Shown here: positions 1 to 8,243 of the stretch, piece after piece | Layout: the number at the start of each line of letters is the position of its first letter | Position numbering within the stretch: position 1 is the stretch's first letter | IMG/VR virus record: IMGVR_UViG_2565956717_000010 | Span: 1 to 40,471 of that record | Source of the DNA: a virus | Taxonomy: Duplodnaviria > Heunggongvirae > Uroviricota > Caudoviricetes | Reading direction: 5' to 3' (one strand) | DNA: 40,471 bases | The notes under the pieces: model-generated | What the model was told of the DNA's origin: nothing | The model's database searches: none | What the model saw: the letters and a program-made list of their open reading frames with translations, nothing else | Made by a program: the position numbers and the translations under genes

Positions 1-516
1 ATGAAATTTAAAAAATGTCTTCTGCCCGTGGCAATGTTAGCGTCATTCACTCTGGCAGGATGCCAGTCAAATGCTGATGATCATGCCGCCGATGTTTATC
101 AAACCGATCAACTGAATACCAAACAAGAAACTAAAACCGTTAATATTATTTCCATTCTTCCCGCAAAAGTTGCCGTAGACAACGCCCAAAATAAACGGAA
201 CGCACAAGCCTTCGGCGCGCTTATTGGCGCTGTCGCTGGCGGTGTTATCGGCCACAACGTCGGGTCTGGCAGCAATTCCGGAACGACGGCAGGTGCAGTT
301 GGCGGCGGAGCTGTAGGCGCGGCAGCGGGTTCTATGGTGAATGATAAAACCTTAGTGGAAGGTGTTTCTTTAACATATAAGGAAGGCACCAAAGTGTATA
401 CCTCCACCCAGGTGGGTAAAGAGTGCCAGTTTACGACAGGTTTAGCCGTTGTTATTACCACGACGTATAACGAAACGCGTATTCAGCCAAATACCAAATG
501 TCCTGAAAAGAGCTAA
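1..516 (+). CDS. yfgH: Host outer-membrane lipoprotein, glycine-zipper type (YfgH-like)
   Basis: Lipoprotein signal peptide with lipobox LAGC (MKFKKCLLPVAMLASFTLAGC) and a Gly/Ala-rich glycine-zipper segment; size and neighbour match my memory of E. coli yfgH-yfgI. Symbol is from memory only. Confidence 0.6.
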   Translation: MKFKKCLLPVAMLASFTLAGCQSNADDHAADVYQTDQLNTKQETKTVNIISILPAKVAVDNAQNKRNAQAFGALIGAVAGGVIGHNVGSGSNSGTTAGAVGGGAVGAAAGSMVNDKTLVEGVSLTYKEGTKVYTSTQVGKECQFTTGLAVVITTTYNETRIQPNTKCPEKS

Positions 517-531
517 TAATCAGGAGGAGTC

Positions 532-1071
532 ATGAAGAAAGTTTTTCTTTGCGCCATCTTAGCCTCCTTAAGCTATCCGGCTATCGCCTCATCATTGCAG
601 GATCAACTCTCGGCTGTCGCAGAAGCGGAACAGCAAGGTAAAAATGAAGAGCAAAGGCAGCATGACGAATGGGTCGCGGAGCGCAACAGGGAAATCCAGC
701 AAGAGAAGCAACGTCGCGCAAACGCCCAGGCCGCGGCTAATAAAAGAGCGGCAACGGCAGCAGCGAATAAGAAAGCTCGTCAGGATAAACTGGACGCCGA
801 AGCCACTGCGGACAAAAAACGCGATCAAAGTTATGAAGATGAGCTACGTAGCTTAGAGATTCAGAAACAAAAACTGGCGCTGGCGAAAGAAGAAGCCCGC
901 GTTAAGCGCGAAAACGAATTTATCGATCAGGAACTGAAGCACAAAGCTGCGCAAACCGATGTGGTGCAATCTGAAGCTGACGCAAACAGAAATATGACTG
1001 AAGGCGGTCGCGATCTGATGAAAAGCGTGGGTAAAGCAGAAGAGAATAAATCAGATAGCTGGTTTAACTAA
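532..1071 (+). CDS. yfgI: Host secreted coiled-coil protein (YfgI-like)
   Basis: AGGAGG RBS 6 nt upstream of ATG; N-terminal signal peptide; charged K/E/R/Q/A-rich body; 179 aa as I recall for E. coli YfgI. Symbol is from memory only. Confidence 0.55.
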   Translation: MKKVFLCAILASLSYPAIASSLQDQLSAVAEAEQQGKNEEQRQHDEWVAERNREIQQEKQRRANAQAAANKRAATAAANKKARQDKLDAEATADKKRDQSYEDELRSLEIQKQKLALAKEEARVKRENEFIDQELKHKAAQTDVVQSEADANRNMTEGGRDLMKSVGKAEENKSDSWFN

Positions 1072-1109
1072 ACGATGTTAGTAACTTCAAACCTATAATT
1101 CTTTAGGAT

Positions 1110-1142
1110 AAAAAACCCTCTGTAGTAACAGAGGGTTTTGTT
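1110..1142. terminator. Bidirectional intrinsic terminator at host/prophage junction
   Basis: A6 then 8-bp stem CCCTCTGT/ACAGAGGG (1116-1123 / 1128-1135) with 4-nt loop, then TTTTGTT; U-tract available on both strands. Lies downstream of yfgI (+) and of Rz (-). Confidence 0.6.
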
Positions 1143-1265
1143 CATTCATAGTGCAGGGTCAAATCATTTCCACTCAATTATTTACGATAACCATAACCAA
1201 TTGAGTGATAACATTTTTCCAAATCTCAATTTTTCCCGTACCGTTTTATATACCGTCACCGGAAA

Positions 1266-1763
1266 TCAGTGCCACGATTTTTGCTTCTTCAGTGAATCGT
1301 ATTGCTGCTCGCAGAATTCCCCTGCGATACGATACTTTTCAGCCTCAGCTGCTGTTGCGTTGTAAACTCGGTTGCTTTCTTCAAGCATGTCGGCGAGCAC
1401 ACCGATGACCTTGCTGGCTGGCGTGCCAGGGGGGAAAGATCCGGTATAGTGTTCGGCGAGCCGCCTGGTTTTGTCAAGCTCGGCGCGCATGCTGTCAGCA
1501 GCGGAATTAGCATACTCAGCATCAGCACGCGCCGCATCGATACGGGATTGTGCTTCACGTTCAATTTGTGTTTTCTCCTGCTCACGCTGTGACCTTAACT
1601 TATCATCAGCCTGTTTCTGATCTTCCTTCGCCTGCGCATACCCGGCATCGTACTGACGGATGCCGTGCACATTCCAGGCAACAACTCCTGATATGACCAG
1701 AACAGCAAGCATCGCCACGATAAGTAACTGTTTACGGTATGCTTTTACAAATGCCCAGATCAT
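1266..1763 (-). CDS. Rz-like i-spanin (lysis)
   Basis: N-terminal TM helix followed by charged coiled-coil-like region; start overlaps endolysin stop (ATGA); last gene of lysis cassette. Confidence 0.65.
   Translation of the reverse strand: MIWAFVKAYRKQLLIVAMLAVLVISGVVAWNVHGIRQYDAGYAQAKEDQKQADDKLRSQREQEKTQIEREAQSRIDAARADAEYANSAADSMRAELDKTRRLAEHYTGSFPPGTPASKVIGVLADMLEESNRVYNATAAEAEKYRIAGEFCEQQYDSLKKQKSWH
1289..1537 (-). CDS. Rz1-like o-spanin lipoprotein, embedded in Rz in another frame
   Basis: ORF wholly inside Rz; translation [17 protein letters not shown] has a lipobox (LTAC) followed by a Pro-rich segment. Start codon choice uncertain and RBS weak. Confidence 0.4.
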   Translation of the reverse strand: MRRVLMLSMLIPLLTACAPSLTKPGGSPNTIPDLSPLARQPARSSVCSPTCLKKATEFTTQQQLRLKSIVSQGNSASSNTIH

Positions 1764-2389
1764 ACCGCCAGTACCTTACTTGCTGTGATGTACCGCGCAC
1801 GCCGGTCGTCGATACCGTTTCTGCCACCATTGATAATCAGAGTTACACGTGCAATATCGCCGGTATACTTCATGCATCCTTTGCTGGCGAAGAACCACGC
1901 CGCGCTACGAGCCGCATATTCGTCCTGCGCCAGCAGTTCAGGGCTCTCCAGCAGGTCAACCTTCAGACCGTTTCCGCAATCACGATAGTTATTCAAACCG
2001 GTAATCTGGATAAGTCCGCGCCCTCGGTAATTCCAGCCATCACCAGGGGCATTGTTCCCCATGCGTTTGCTGTATACCAGATTTGCGATCGCGCGCTGGC
2101 GCTCAAGTGGCAATGGTGGTTCACCAGCACGGCGCCCCAGTGCATTAGCCTGCCCCTGAGTGAGACGCCCAGCCCGAACGAAGTTAGCCAGTCCGCTGAC
2201 ACTGTAGTTGAAATTCTCCTGCAACCTGGTGAAGCCCCCAGACTCATGCCCGACTTGAGCAATAAACATTGCCTGATCTTCTGCTTTGCTGATACCAAAC
2301 TCTTTCATCGCAGAAGTTATATGCGAGAACCAGCGTGCGGCCAGTGCCTCGCTGATACCAGCAGCTCGCTGGAATTGTTTAATCTCCAT
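1760..2389 (-). CDS. Endolysin, glycoside hydrolase family 19 (chitinase-like lysozyme)
   Basis: GH19 signatures visible in translation: [11 protein letters not shown] (catalytic Glu region) and [15 protein letters not shown]; start set at internal ATG 2387-2389 (MEIKQF) with GAGG RBS. Confidence 0.8.
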   Translation of the reverse strand: MEIKQFQRAAGISEALAARWFSHITSAMKEFGISKAEDQAMFIAQVGHESGGFTRLQENFNYSVSGLANFVRAGRLTQGQANALGRRAGEPPLPLERQRAIANLVYSKRMGNNAPGDGWNYRGRGLIQITGLNNYRDCGNGLKVDLLESPELLAQDEYAARSAAWFFASKGCMKYTGDIARVTLIINGGRNGIDDRRARYITASKVLAV

Positions 2390-2687
2390 GTTTAGACCTC
2401 GATACTTTAAAAATTTGAACGACGTTACCGCGCGTTTTAATAACCGCAGCCAGCATGACAGCGTTGATAATGACCTCAGATAAATCCACAGCCATTGGCG
2501 TACGTAACCAGATTGCATAGGCGACTCGAACAGGAATACTGGCCGCAGCAACAATCAGGAAATAAGCAAGCCATCCTCCCCACCTTCGATGTTGAGAGCC
2601 GTTACGCCGGAATGTGACAACGCGAATTGCTATGCCAGTGCAAATAACTGCATTGGTGATAAGCAAAAAAAACTCATGCGTTACCAT
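2379..2687 (-). CDS. Holin/antiholin-like small membrane protein
   Basis: 102 aa with two hydrophobic helices; GGAG RBS; sits between a holin-like gene and the endolysin. Confidence 0.5.
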   Translation of the reverse strand: MVTHEFFLLITNAVICTGIAIRVVTFRRNGSQHRRWGGWLAYFLIVAAASIPVRVAYAIWLRTPMAVDLSEVIINAVMLAAVIKTRGNVVQIFKVSRSKHGD

Positions 2688-3078
2688 CGTCTTTTCTCCC
2701 CGGAATTAACTCGCGTGGATTATCGGAACGGTGATAGAGCCATATACCAATACGCACAGCGACAATTGCTGACACGAATGCGCCTGCAGAGAAAACAATC
2801 CCTTTTTCAAAAGAGTCCTGCGTGATGGTAGGGATCAGGCTGGCTATGCCGATAAGAATTGATGCTGCTGGTTTGTAAAAGAGAAGGCCACAAAGAAAGC
2901 TGAGCATCGAAAGGAGCACCCGGCGACGGATGGGGTACTCTACTGCAGAGGTAACAAAAATTACCGCCCCAGCCAAAGCCCCTAAAGCAACCTCCGGAGG
3001 GACACCTGCAATAACCGCAGCAAGAGAACCAAAACTAAGCAACTGATTTAATTGCTCACTTGTTACTTGAGCAGACAT
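2674..3078 (-). CDS. Holin-like membrane protein
   Basis: 134 aa, three to four hydrophobic helices; AGGAGA RBS 6 nt upstream of ATG; first gene of lysis cassette. Confidence 0.5.
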   Translation of the reverse strand: MSAQVTSEQLNQLLSFGSLAAVIAGVPPEVALGALAGAVIFVTSAVEYPIRRRVLLSMLSFLCGLLFYKPAASILIGIASLIPTITQDSFEKGIVFSAGAFVSAIVAVRIGIWLYHRSDNPRELIPGRKDDGNA

Positions 3079-3360
3079 ACTTTCTCCTGTTTACTATCTA
3101 TAAGCCAGTCAATTATTGATGACTAACCCCCGCATAGTAAACCATATATGAATCATTATTGTTCCATATCATATATCTCAATAAAAGTACTAATGATTTT
3201 ACAGAACGAGCCAGCAGAGTGAGGGCAGTTGTACAGGAACCATAGACTTAATTTTGTATTTAATAATGCTATGGTGTAATAAACCTGAACATGTATTTAA
3301 AATACGTACTGATTCATGATAGAATTCAAGGATAACTTTTCACAAACTCCGTTTTTGATA

Positions 3361-3387
3361 CCCGCAAAATATTGCGGGCTTTTTTTT
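3361..3387 (+). terminator. Strong intrinsic terminator (plus-strand polarity) between lysis cassette and tailspike
   Basis: Stem CCCGCAA/TTGCGGG with 4-nt loop followed by T8 on the plus strand. On the minus strand the hairpin is preceded by an A-tract, so it is not a classical minus-strand terminator. Confidence 0.5.
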
Positions 3388-6300
3388 AACGTTCTTCCAG
3401 AGACTGAATCCGCTCTTTTATCTTATCCATTTCTCTGCGCTGCCATGCTGCCTCGATATAGAATAAGAGATCAGGTCTGACCCCCCATCTAGATCCTGCT
3501 GGCGTTATTTCAACGCGCTCAATGATGTCTTCCATTACCATCACTGGATTATCATCCTCATCAACAATAATGCTCCCGTCATTATCAGTCAGCGGCATTT
3601 CCCTTTGGCCAGTAATGACGTCATCATATACTGCGGGATAATCGTCATAGCAAAGAAACGCATAGCGGCATGTTGTGCTTTCTTCTTCCATGAGTCCGTG
3701 AGAAATAAGAACATCACGAAGTTGCTGCGCGATTACACCATGATGTATCCTCGCCCCTTCTTCCCCCTTTATAGCGACAGCGTTCAGCCATTTATAAGCG
3801 ATATACCTGACGTCACCCCAGGCATCCAGCAATGCTTCGTCAGGAGAGACCGGCTCTGTCTTTAATGTTCCGTCACTGGTAACCACAGGATTGGAGCCAA
3901 GATAAACTGTCGAGAACCTGTTTCCCGGACCACCAAGAGCATTTACATTATCAAGATAAGGTTTAACATCTCCGTTCTCAAAAAGATGTTCGAGTGCGTT
4001 ATATACCGCGCGACGTGGAGTACTGCTTCCGGAACCATGCAACGTTATCATTGCACCATCTGCTGAAGACGTTGTTTCACCGCCGCTAACGATTAATCTC
4101 TGAGCGGTAACATCATCAGACGGTACTTTCTTCGCAATAATGGCGTAATTACCCTCAAGTTTGACTTCCGCGCGAACTTGTCCTGATGTACCTGCATGGA
4201 CAGTCAGTGACTGGACGGCAACATCATCTGTGAAATCAACGGGTACAGGAACCGTCCTCACGCCTGACGTCGACATAAAAGTAGGAAGCGTTCTGTTAGG
4301 AGTGGCTCCGTAGACAAAATCCCTTGAAACAAATTCTTCCTGTTTAATTTTCACCCTGAAACAATACAAATCAGCCGGGTGACCATCGTGAACATAAGGA
4401 TATTTTCTGTTGTTATCCCCTATGCTCCATGGGTTTAGAAAGTCTTCCCCACCGAAAATGTAGTACAGCCAGTTGTCTTTGATACAAACTGAACCAACAC
4501 CAACCGCAGAGTTAACTATTCCGCCCTGATAAATCTGATCAGTAACATTAACCCACTCTACATTATCCAGACTCCACTCATTGACGTTAACTCTGGTCAT
4601 AAATGTTCTTGGATAATTTCCTGCATAACGGTTATCAGGTTCTCCTCCTTCCCACTCACCAAATGCGCGCTCACTGCCAAAAATAATCAGCTCATCGCCA
4701 ACTTTGGCAAAAGGAAGGTTTGAGTGATGAACATTATTTGGGAAGCGAAGAGAATTCCATGATGTACCTAAATCAGAGCTTCTGTGCAATGAACTACCGG
4801 GTTGAGTACTTAATGTCCCCCTGGTCGTCAGATACAGAATGCCATCATAATATTTTACACATGGCTCAGATGCATTCGCCTCATATTCTGCAGGTATGCG
4901 TCTGCGAACAAAGCTACCAGGAGAACCGAAAGCATCAGAGAAATAGAGTATCCCAAGCTCGCGTGGACCAATATCACCATTATGGTAGCCAACAGCAAAA
5001 CTGTTATCGCTAATCGTCGCAAAACTGTGAATCTCAGTAACAGGAGTGCTTCCGTCAACAAAAGAAGGAATAGTTCCAAGACTGGTTTTTCTCCATGGTG
5101 ACGAGTGAAATGATGTACCAAAACTCCAGTATCTACCCTCGTTATTCTGATCCACATCCTGGGTATTTTGCGTCGTAACTGTAAAAGTATTTTTATCAAT
5201 AACAGTAGTCACCGTCATATTCCCGGTAACACCTGTAACACCAGAGTTTGAGAAGTTGACAAAATCACCAGCAAATAATCCGTGATCAGTAATGCGAATA
5301 TAAGCGACTTGCTGATTTGCTGCTTTCGTTATACCACCATAAACGCGAAGGCTGCGACTCATTGGGCGATCCCACAACTCTGCAACCTGCAGTTTATTTC
5401 CGCTCACGGTCCGCGTCTCAATTACAGCAAAAAGGCGATTTCTGACAACCCCCATACTCATGCAGTGATAGTTAACTGTGGGATAGTTTTCATGTAAATC
5501 TGTAAGCCATTCCGGCGTTGTCCAGGTCTTCCCGTCATCTCCTGAGCGAACCCATGCAACATGGAGGTTATTTACACCATGGCGGTCTCCAGCCATAAAA
5601 GGCGCATAGATGACATTGTCATATACAAACGTTTTATCCTGCGTCCAGGCGTTGTACCACGGTGTATCTGTAATTTTAAATAACTCTCCCTGGATAAAAT
5701 CTTCAGAAGCATAAAAAAGAGGCTGGCCCGGTATTCTCTCAAATAAAAAACGAGCATTTTTAAATCGACTGACATCCGGAAGAGTTGATACTTTAAAAGT
5801 AAGCCCTAATCCGTCAATTCTATAACCTGGAGATGAGGCTTCAAGGCACGCGCTTATTGCAGTGGAATCGTCATTTATACCATCACCAACAGCTCCAAAA
5901 TCTTTGGGGCTAATAGCATCACGCATTTTATCCTGGAACGTTCGGTACACAGCCCCAGAACCATACTGAATAAACCAACCAAAACCACCAACAACCCCGG
6001 CGATTGCAGCATCGACATAATTACGCATTGAGCGATTATTTACAGCGTCCTGCTCAAATGATGGATCTGCAAGGTTAGAAATTTTGTTTTGCTTTGCATC
6101 GTAATATTTTGCAAGCAAAGATGGTTTCATCAATGCACGTCTGAACCACCCAAAACATTGCTGGATCAGCATCGTCAGGTAGTCAAAGGCATCTTCATGC
6201 ACTTCGGGGAAAAATTTTCCCTGATTGCGAAGGTCTGTCTCCTGCACTACATCAAGCACACGATCTATCGTAATTCGCCATCCAGTAGCAAGCGGAGACG

Positions 6301-6505
6301 GAAGAACCACAGAACCGCCACTATAAGTGCCCGCCCCAGTTACCGTATAACCGGTATCCAGAACCAATTCTGTTACGTTTCCGTTCAGGTCAGACACCTG
6401 AACAACCAGGTCTGATTTTCTGAAAATTCGAAAAGTATACGGAAACGATGTCGTAACGCCGTTACCGGTGTATTCGTTGTGGTCAACTTCGGTTGAGACC
6501 GTCAT
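3386..6505 (-). CDS. Tailspike with T7 gp17-like N-terminal adaptor, sialidase-fold (endosialidase-like) domain and C-terminal intramolecular chaperone domain
   Basis: Two Asp-box motifs (SGDDGKTW, SSDLGTSW); strong resemblance, from memory, to the K1F endosialidase catalytic region (GELFKITDTP, NYHCMSMGV); C-terminal S74-like domain with SDGTLK cleavage-type motif; N-terminus EYTGNGVTTSFPYTF resembles T7-type fibre adaptors. Confidence 0.8.
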   Translation of the reverse strand: MTVSTEVDHNEYTGNGVTTSFPYTFRIFRKSDLVVQVSDLNGNVTELVLDTGYTVTGAGTYSGGSVVLPSPLATGWRITIDRVLDVVQETDLRNQGKFFPEVHEDAFDYLTMLIQQCFGWFRRALMKPSLLAKYYDAKQNKISNLADPSFEQDAVNNRSMRNYVDAAIAGVVGGFGWFIQYGSGAVYRTFQDKMRDAISPKDFGAVGDGINDDSTAISACLEASSPGYRIDGLGLTFKVSTLPDVSRFKNARFLFERIPGQPLFYASEDFIQGELFKITDTPWYNAWTQDKTFVYDNVIYAPFMAGDRHGVNNLHVAWVRSGDDGKTWTTPEWLTDLHENYPTVNYHCMSMGVVRNRLFAVIETRTVSGNKLQVAELWDRPMSRSLRVYGGITKAANQQVAYIRITDHGLFAGDFVNFSNSGVTGVTGNMTVTTVIDKNTFTVTTQNTQDVDQNNEGRYWSFGTSFHSSPWRKTSLGTIPSFVDGSTPVTEIHSFATISDNSFAVGYHNGDIGPRELGILYFSDAFGSPGSFVRRRIPAEYEANASEPCVKYYDGILYLTTRGTLSTQPGSSLHRSSDLGTSWNSLRFPNNVHHSNLPFAKVGDELIIFGSERAFGEWEGGEPDNRYAGNYPRTFMTRVNVNEWSLDNVEWVNVTDQIYQGGIVNSAVGVGSVCIKDNWLYYIFGGEDFLNPWSIGDNNRKYPYVHDGHPADLYCFRVKIKQEEFVSRDFVYGATPNRTLPTFMSTSGVRTVPVPVDFTDDVAVQSLTVHAGTSGQVRAEVKLEGNYAIIAKKVPSDDVTAQRLIVSGGETTSSADGAMITLHGSGSSTPRRAVYNALEHLFENGDVKPYLDNVNALGGPGNRFSTVYLGSNPVVTSDGTLKTEPVSPDEALLDAWGDVRYIAYKWLNAVAIKGEEGARIHHGVIAQQLRDVLISHGLMEEESTTCRYAFLCYDDYPAVYDDVITGQREMPLTDNDGSIIVDEDDNPVMVMEDIIERVEITPAGSRWGVRPDLLFYIEAAWQRREMDKIKERIQSLEER

Positions 6506-6609
6506 GTTAAATCTCCAGATAGTCGCAGCACCCGTTGCGCCGCATATCTGGTTATTCTATTACCTGGAAAACCACATATGGATAGAAAGGCTGTAAATAC
6601 GAATAGATA

Positions 6610-6624
6610 TTACCTTTCAGGTAA
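6610..6624. promoter_or_regulatory. Operator-like palindrome TTACC-N5-GGTAA (site 1)
   Basis: Perfect inverted repeat TTACCtttcaGGTAA flanked A..T; in divergent region between tailspike start and the LexA-box gene. Confidence 0.45.
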
Positions 6625-6663
6625 TTTGCAAAACGTGCTGGATAGCAAACAAATTATTTGCTA

Positions 6664-6679
6664 CTGTATAAATATACAG
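6664..6679. promoter_or_regulatory. LexA (SOS) box
   Basis: CTGTATAAATATACAG is a perfect CTGT-N8-ACAG palindrome with AT-rich centre, 22 bp upstream of ATG 6701; overlaps -10-like TATAAA. Only such box found in the window. Confidence 0.7.
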
Positions 6680-6700
6680 TTATTGCATGGAGAAGATAAG

Positions 6701-6958
6701 ATGCAGCAGTATCACTATCCACTGGAAGACGGATTTACCGAAAGGATTCACACGCCGGGAGGCGTCAGGTCACTGGTGGAGGGATCGCACTTGATGAAAT
6801 TACTCCGGGATCTCGATAAGGATGGATTTAATGTCGATGGCCCACTTGCCGAACTGACTGCACTGATTAACTACGTCACCAGCTCACAGATGTCTATGCA
6901 GGATCTGCAAACACATCTCGACTATTGTGCCGAACAATTACGAAAGCAAACCAGATAA
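6701..6958 (+). CDS. Small protein homologous to the C-terminal domain of the adjacent antirepressor (SOS-controlled antirepressor candidate)
   Basis: 85 aa from ATG 6701 with GGAG RBS; C-terminal ~60 aa align with the C-terminus of the 7276-7926 product (GVRSLVEGSHLMKLLRDL...DLQTHLDY vs GVLGLTENSLLMNLLNQL...DIQTHAEY). Confidence 0.6.
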   Translation: MQQYHYPLEDGFTERIHTPGGVRSLVEGSHLMKLLRDLDKDGFNVDGPLAELTALINYVTSSQMSMQDLQTHLDYCAEQLRKQTR

Positions 6959-6989
6959 GGTTTGCAATTACCAAGTGGAGTGCTTATAT

Positions 6990-7004
6990 TTACCTTTGCG
7001 GTAA
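6990..7004. promoter_or_regulatory. Operator-like palindrome TTACC-N5-GGTAA (site 2)
   Basis: TTACCtttgcGGTAA, 32 bp after the stop of the small antirepressor-like gene. Confidence 0.4.
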
Positions 7005-7095
7005 ATTTACATCGCACTCCTCTTGTGCCATAGTAATCGGGCACTGGCAAAATCCAGTGCCGGGATTGGTCTCCCGGATTACTAAGTGGCGCATA

Positions 7096-7117
7096 CCACG
7101 CCAGACGTGGTTTTTTT
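7096..7117 (+). terminator. Intrinsic terminator after small antirepressor-like gene
   Basis: Stem CCACG/CGTGG with 5-nt loop followed by T7. Confidence 0.5.
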
Positions 7118-7275
7118 ATGCGTATAGCACAGTCATGCCAGAATTATGGTGGGCTGAATGGGGGTCCGAAAGGACGCCGGTACCACTTAGGCCGGTAAGA
7201 CCAACTCCGTTCAGTTCACCACCATCTGATTGGTCTCAGCGGTGGTGATGTAATTCGCTAAGTGGAGACGCCATA

Positions 7276-7926
7276 ATGAACGCTCAACTCATCCCCGTAT
7301 TCAACGGCACTATATCCAACGAAACCGCTCTTCTCGTTAATGCCCGTGATTTACACACTTTCCTCGATGTGGGTAAGCGATTTGCTTCGTGGATTGTCGA
7401 ACGAATTTCTGAATATGGTTTCGTTGAAAATCAAGACTTTATGATTATTTCCCAAGTTCGGGAAAAAATAGGCAGAGGCCGTCCTGCAAAAGACTACCAC
7501 CTCACCCTCGATACAGCCAAAGAGCTGGCGATGGTCGAGCGTAACGAAAAAGGTCGTCAGGTACGACGCTACTTCATTGAATGCGAGAAACGTTTAAGAC
7601 AACAAGAAACAAAAGTGGAGAAGGTCTTGTCAGGCTTCATGCCCGCCATTATGGAGGCGATCAAGCTGGAAGACAAAAAAGAATACAGTGCCCCACTGAA
7701 GCCCGGCTACCGTAGCCTGATTCATTCGCCGTCTGGTGTTCTCGGCCTGACGGAGAACTCACTGCTGATGAATCTGCTGAACCAGTTACAGGACGACGGG
7801 CACGACGTATCGGGCGCGGCGGCGGAGCTGACCACCATGTTCTGCTACATCGTCGGTGTGAGCAAATGCCTGCGTGATATCCAGACCCACGCGGAGTACA
7901 TCAACGACAAGGCAGGGTTCTTCTGA
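7276..7926 (+). CDS. Antirepressor, AntA-type N-terminal domain
   Basis: N-terminal LIPVFNGT...LVNARDLHTFLDVGKRFASWIVERISEYGFVENQDF matches the AntA/AntB antirepressor pattern as I remember it; GGAG RBS; C-terminal domain shared with 6701-6958. Confidence 0.7.
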   Translation: MNAQLIPVFNGTISNETALLVNARDLHTFLDVGKRFASWIVERISEYGFVENQDFMIISQVREKIGRGRPAKDYHLTLDTAKELAMVERNEKGRQVRRYFIECEKRLRQQETKVEKVLSGFMPAIMEAIKLEDKKEYSAPLKPGYRSLIHSPSGVLGLTENSLLMNLLNQLQDDGHDVSGAAAELTTMFCYIVGVSKCLRDIQTHAEYINDKAGFF

Positions 7927-7992
7927 CGGGCGGCGGCACAGGGATGTGCTTCTGACATAATCATTTGCGGTGTGATGTAGATTCACGTAAGA

Positions 7993-8007
7993 TTACCTTA
8001 AAGGTAA
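7993..8007. promoter_or_regulatory. Operator-like palindrome TTACC-N5-GGTAA (site 3)
   Basis: TTACCttaaaGGTAA, 26 bp upstream of ATG 8034; overlaps a second palindrome GTAAACC-atg-GGTTTAC (8004-8020). Confidence 0.45.
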
Positions 8008-8033
8008 ACCATGGGTTTACATGAGGAGGAGAT

Positions 8034-8243
8034 ATGGGATTTTGGTTCGCTCGTACAAAAACGAGGGATAATGCACCCAGCCCTCAGGCAAAAAATGCAG
8101 AAGTTCCGGCGTCAGCGCAGGTTAACAAGCGTGGTGGAGTATATATCTCATCACAGCAAATTTCTGAGCTTCCTGAGGTTAAGGAGATGCGTCGTCTCGC
8201 TGCTGCAATTGTTAAACAGGATCTTGCCACTGTAAGGAAATAG
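8034..8243 (+). CDS. Hypothetical small protein, first gene of cargo operon
   Basis: 69 aa; GAGGAGGAG RBS immediately upstream; stop overlaps the next start (TAGTG). A competing 74-aa ORF in another frame (8011-8235) lacks an RBS. Confidence 0.4.
   Translation: MGFWFARTKTRDNAPSPQAKNAEVPASAQVNKRGGVYISSQQISELPEVKEMRRLAAAIVKQDLATVRK

Noticed and set aside
1739-2395. 218-aa plus-strand ORF antisense to the endolysin
   Set aside because: Fully overlaps a well-supported GH19 endolysin on the other strand; typical antisense shadow ORF with no RBS.
6578-6700. N-terminal extension of the small antirepressor-like ORF
   Set aside because: It would place the LexA box and promoter elements inside the coding sequence; the ATG at 6701 has a proper RBS.
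6925-7248. 107-aa plus-strand ORF spanning the gap between the two antirepressor genes
   Set aside because: It runs through an intrinsic terminator, hairpins and direct repeats, has no RBS and a biased Pro/Trp/Arg composition; more likely non-coding regulatory DNA.
8011-8235. Alternative 74-aa ORF in a different frame overlapping 8034-8243
   Set aside because: Its ATG lies inside a palindrome with no RBS, whereas the 8034 frame has a strong GAGGAGGAG RBS; only one is likely real and neither is proven.
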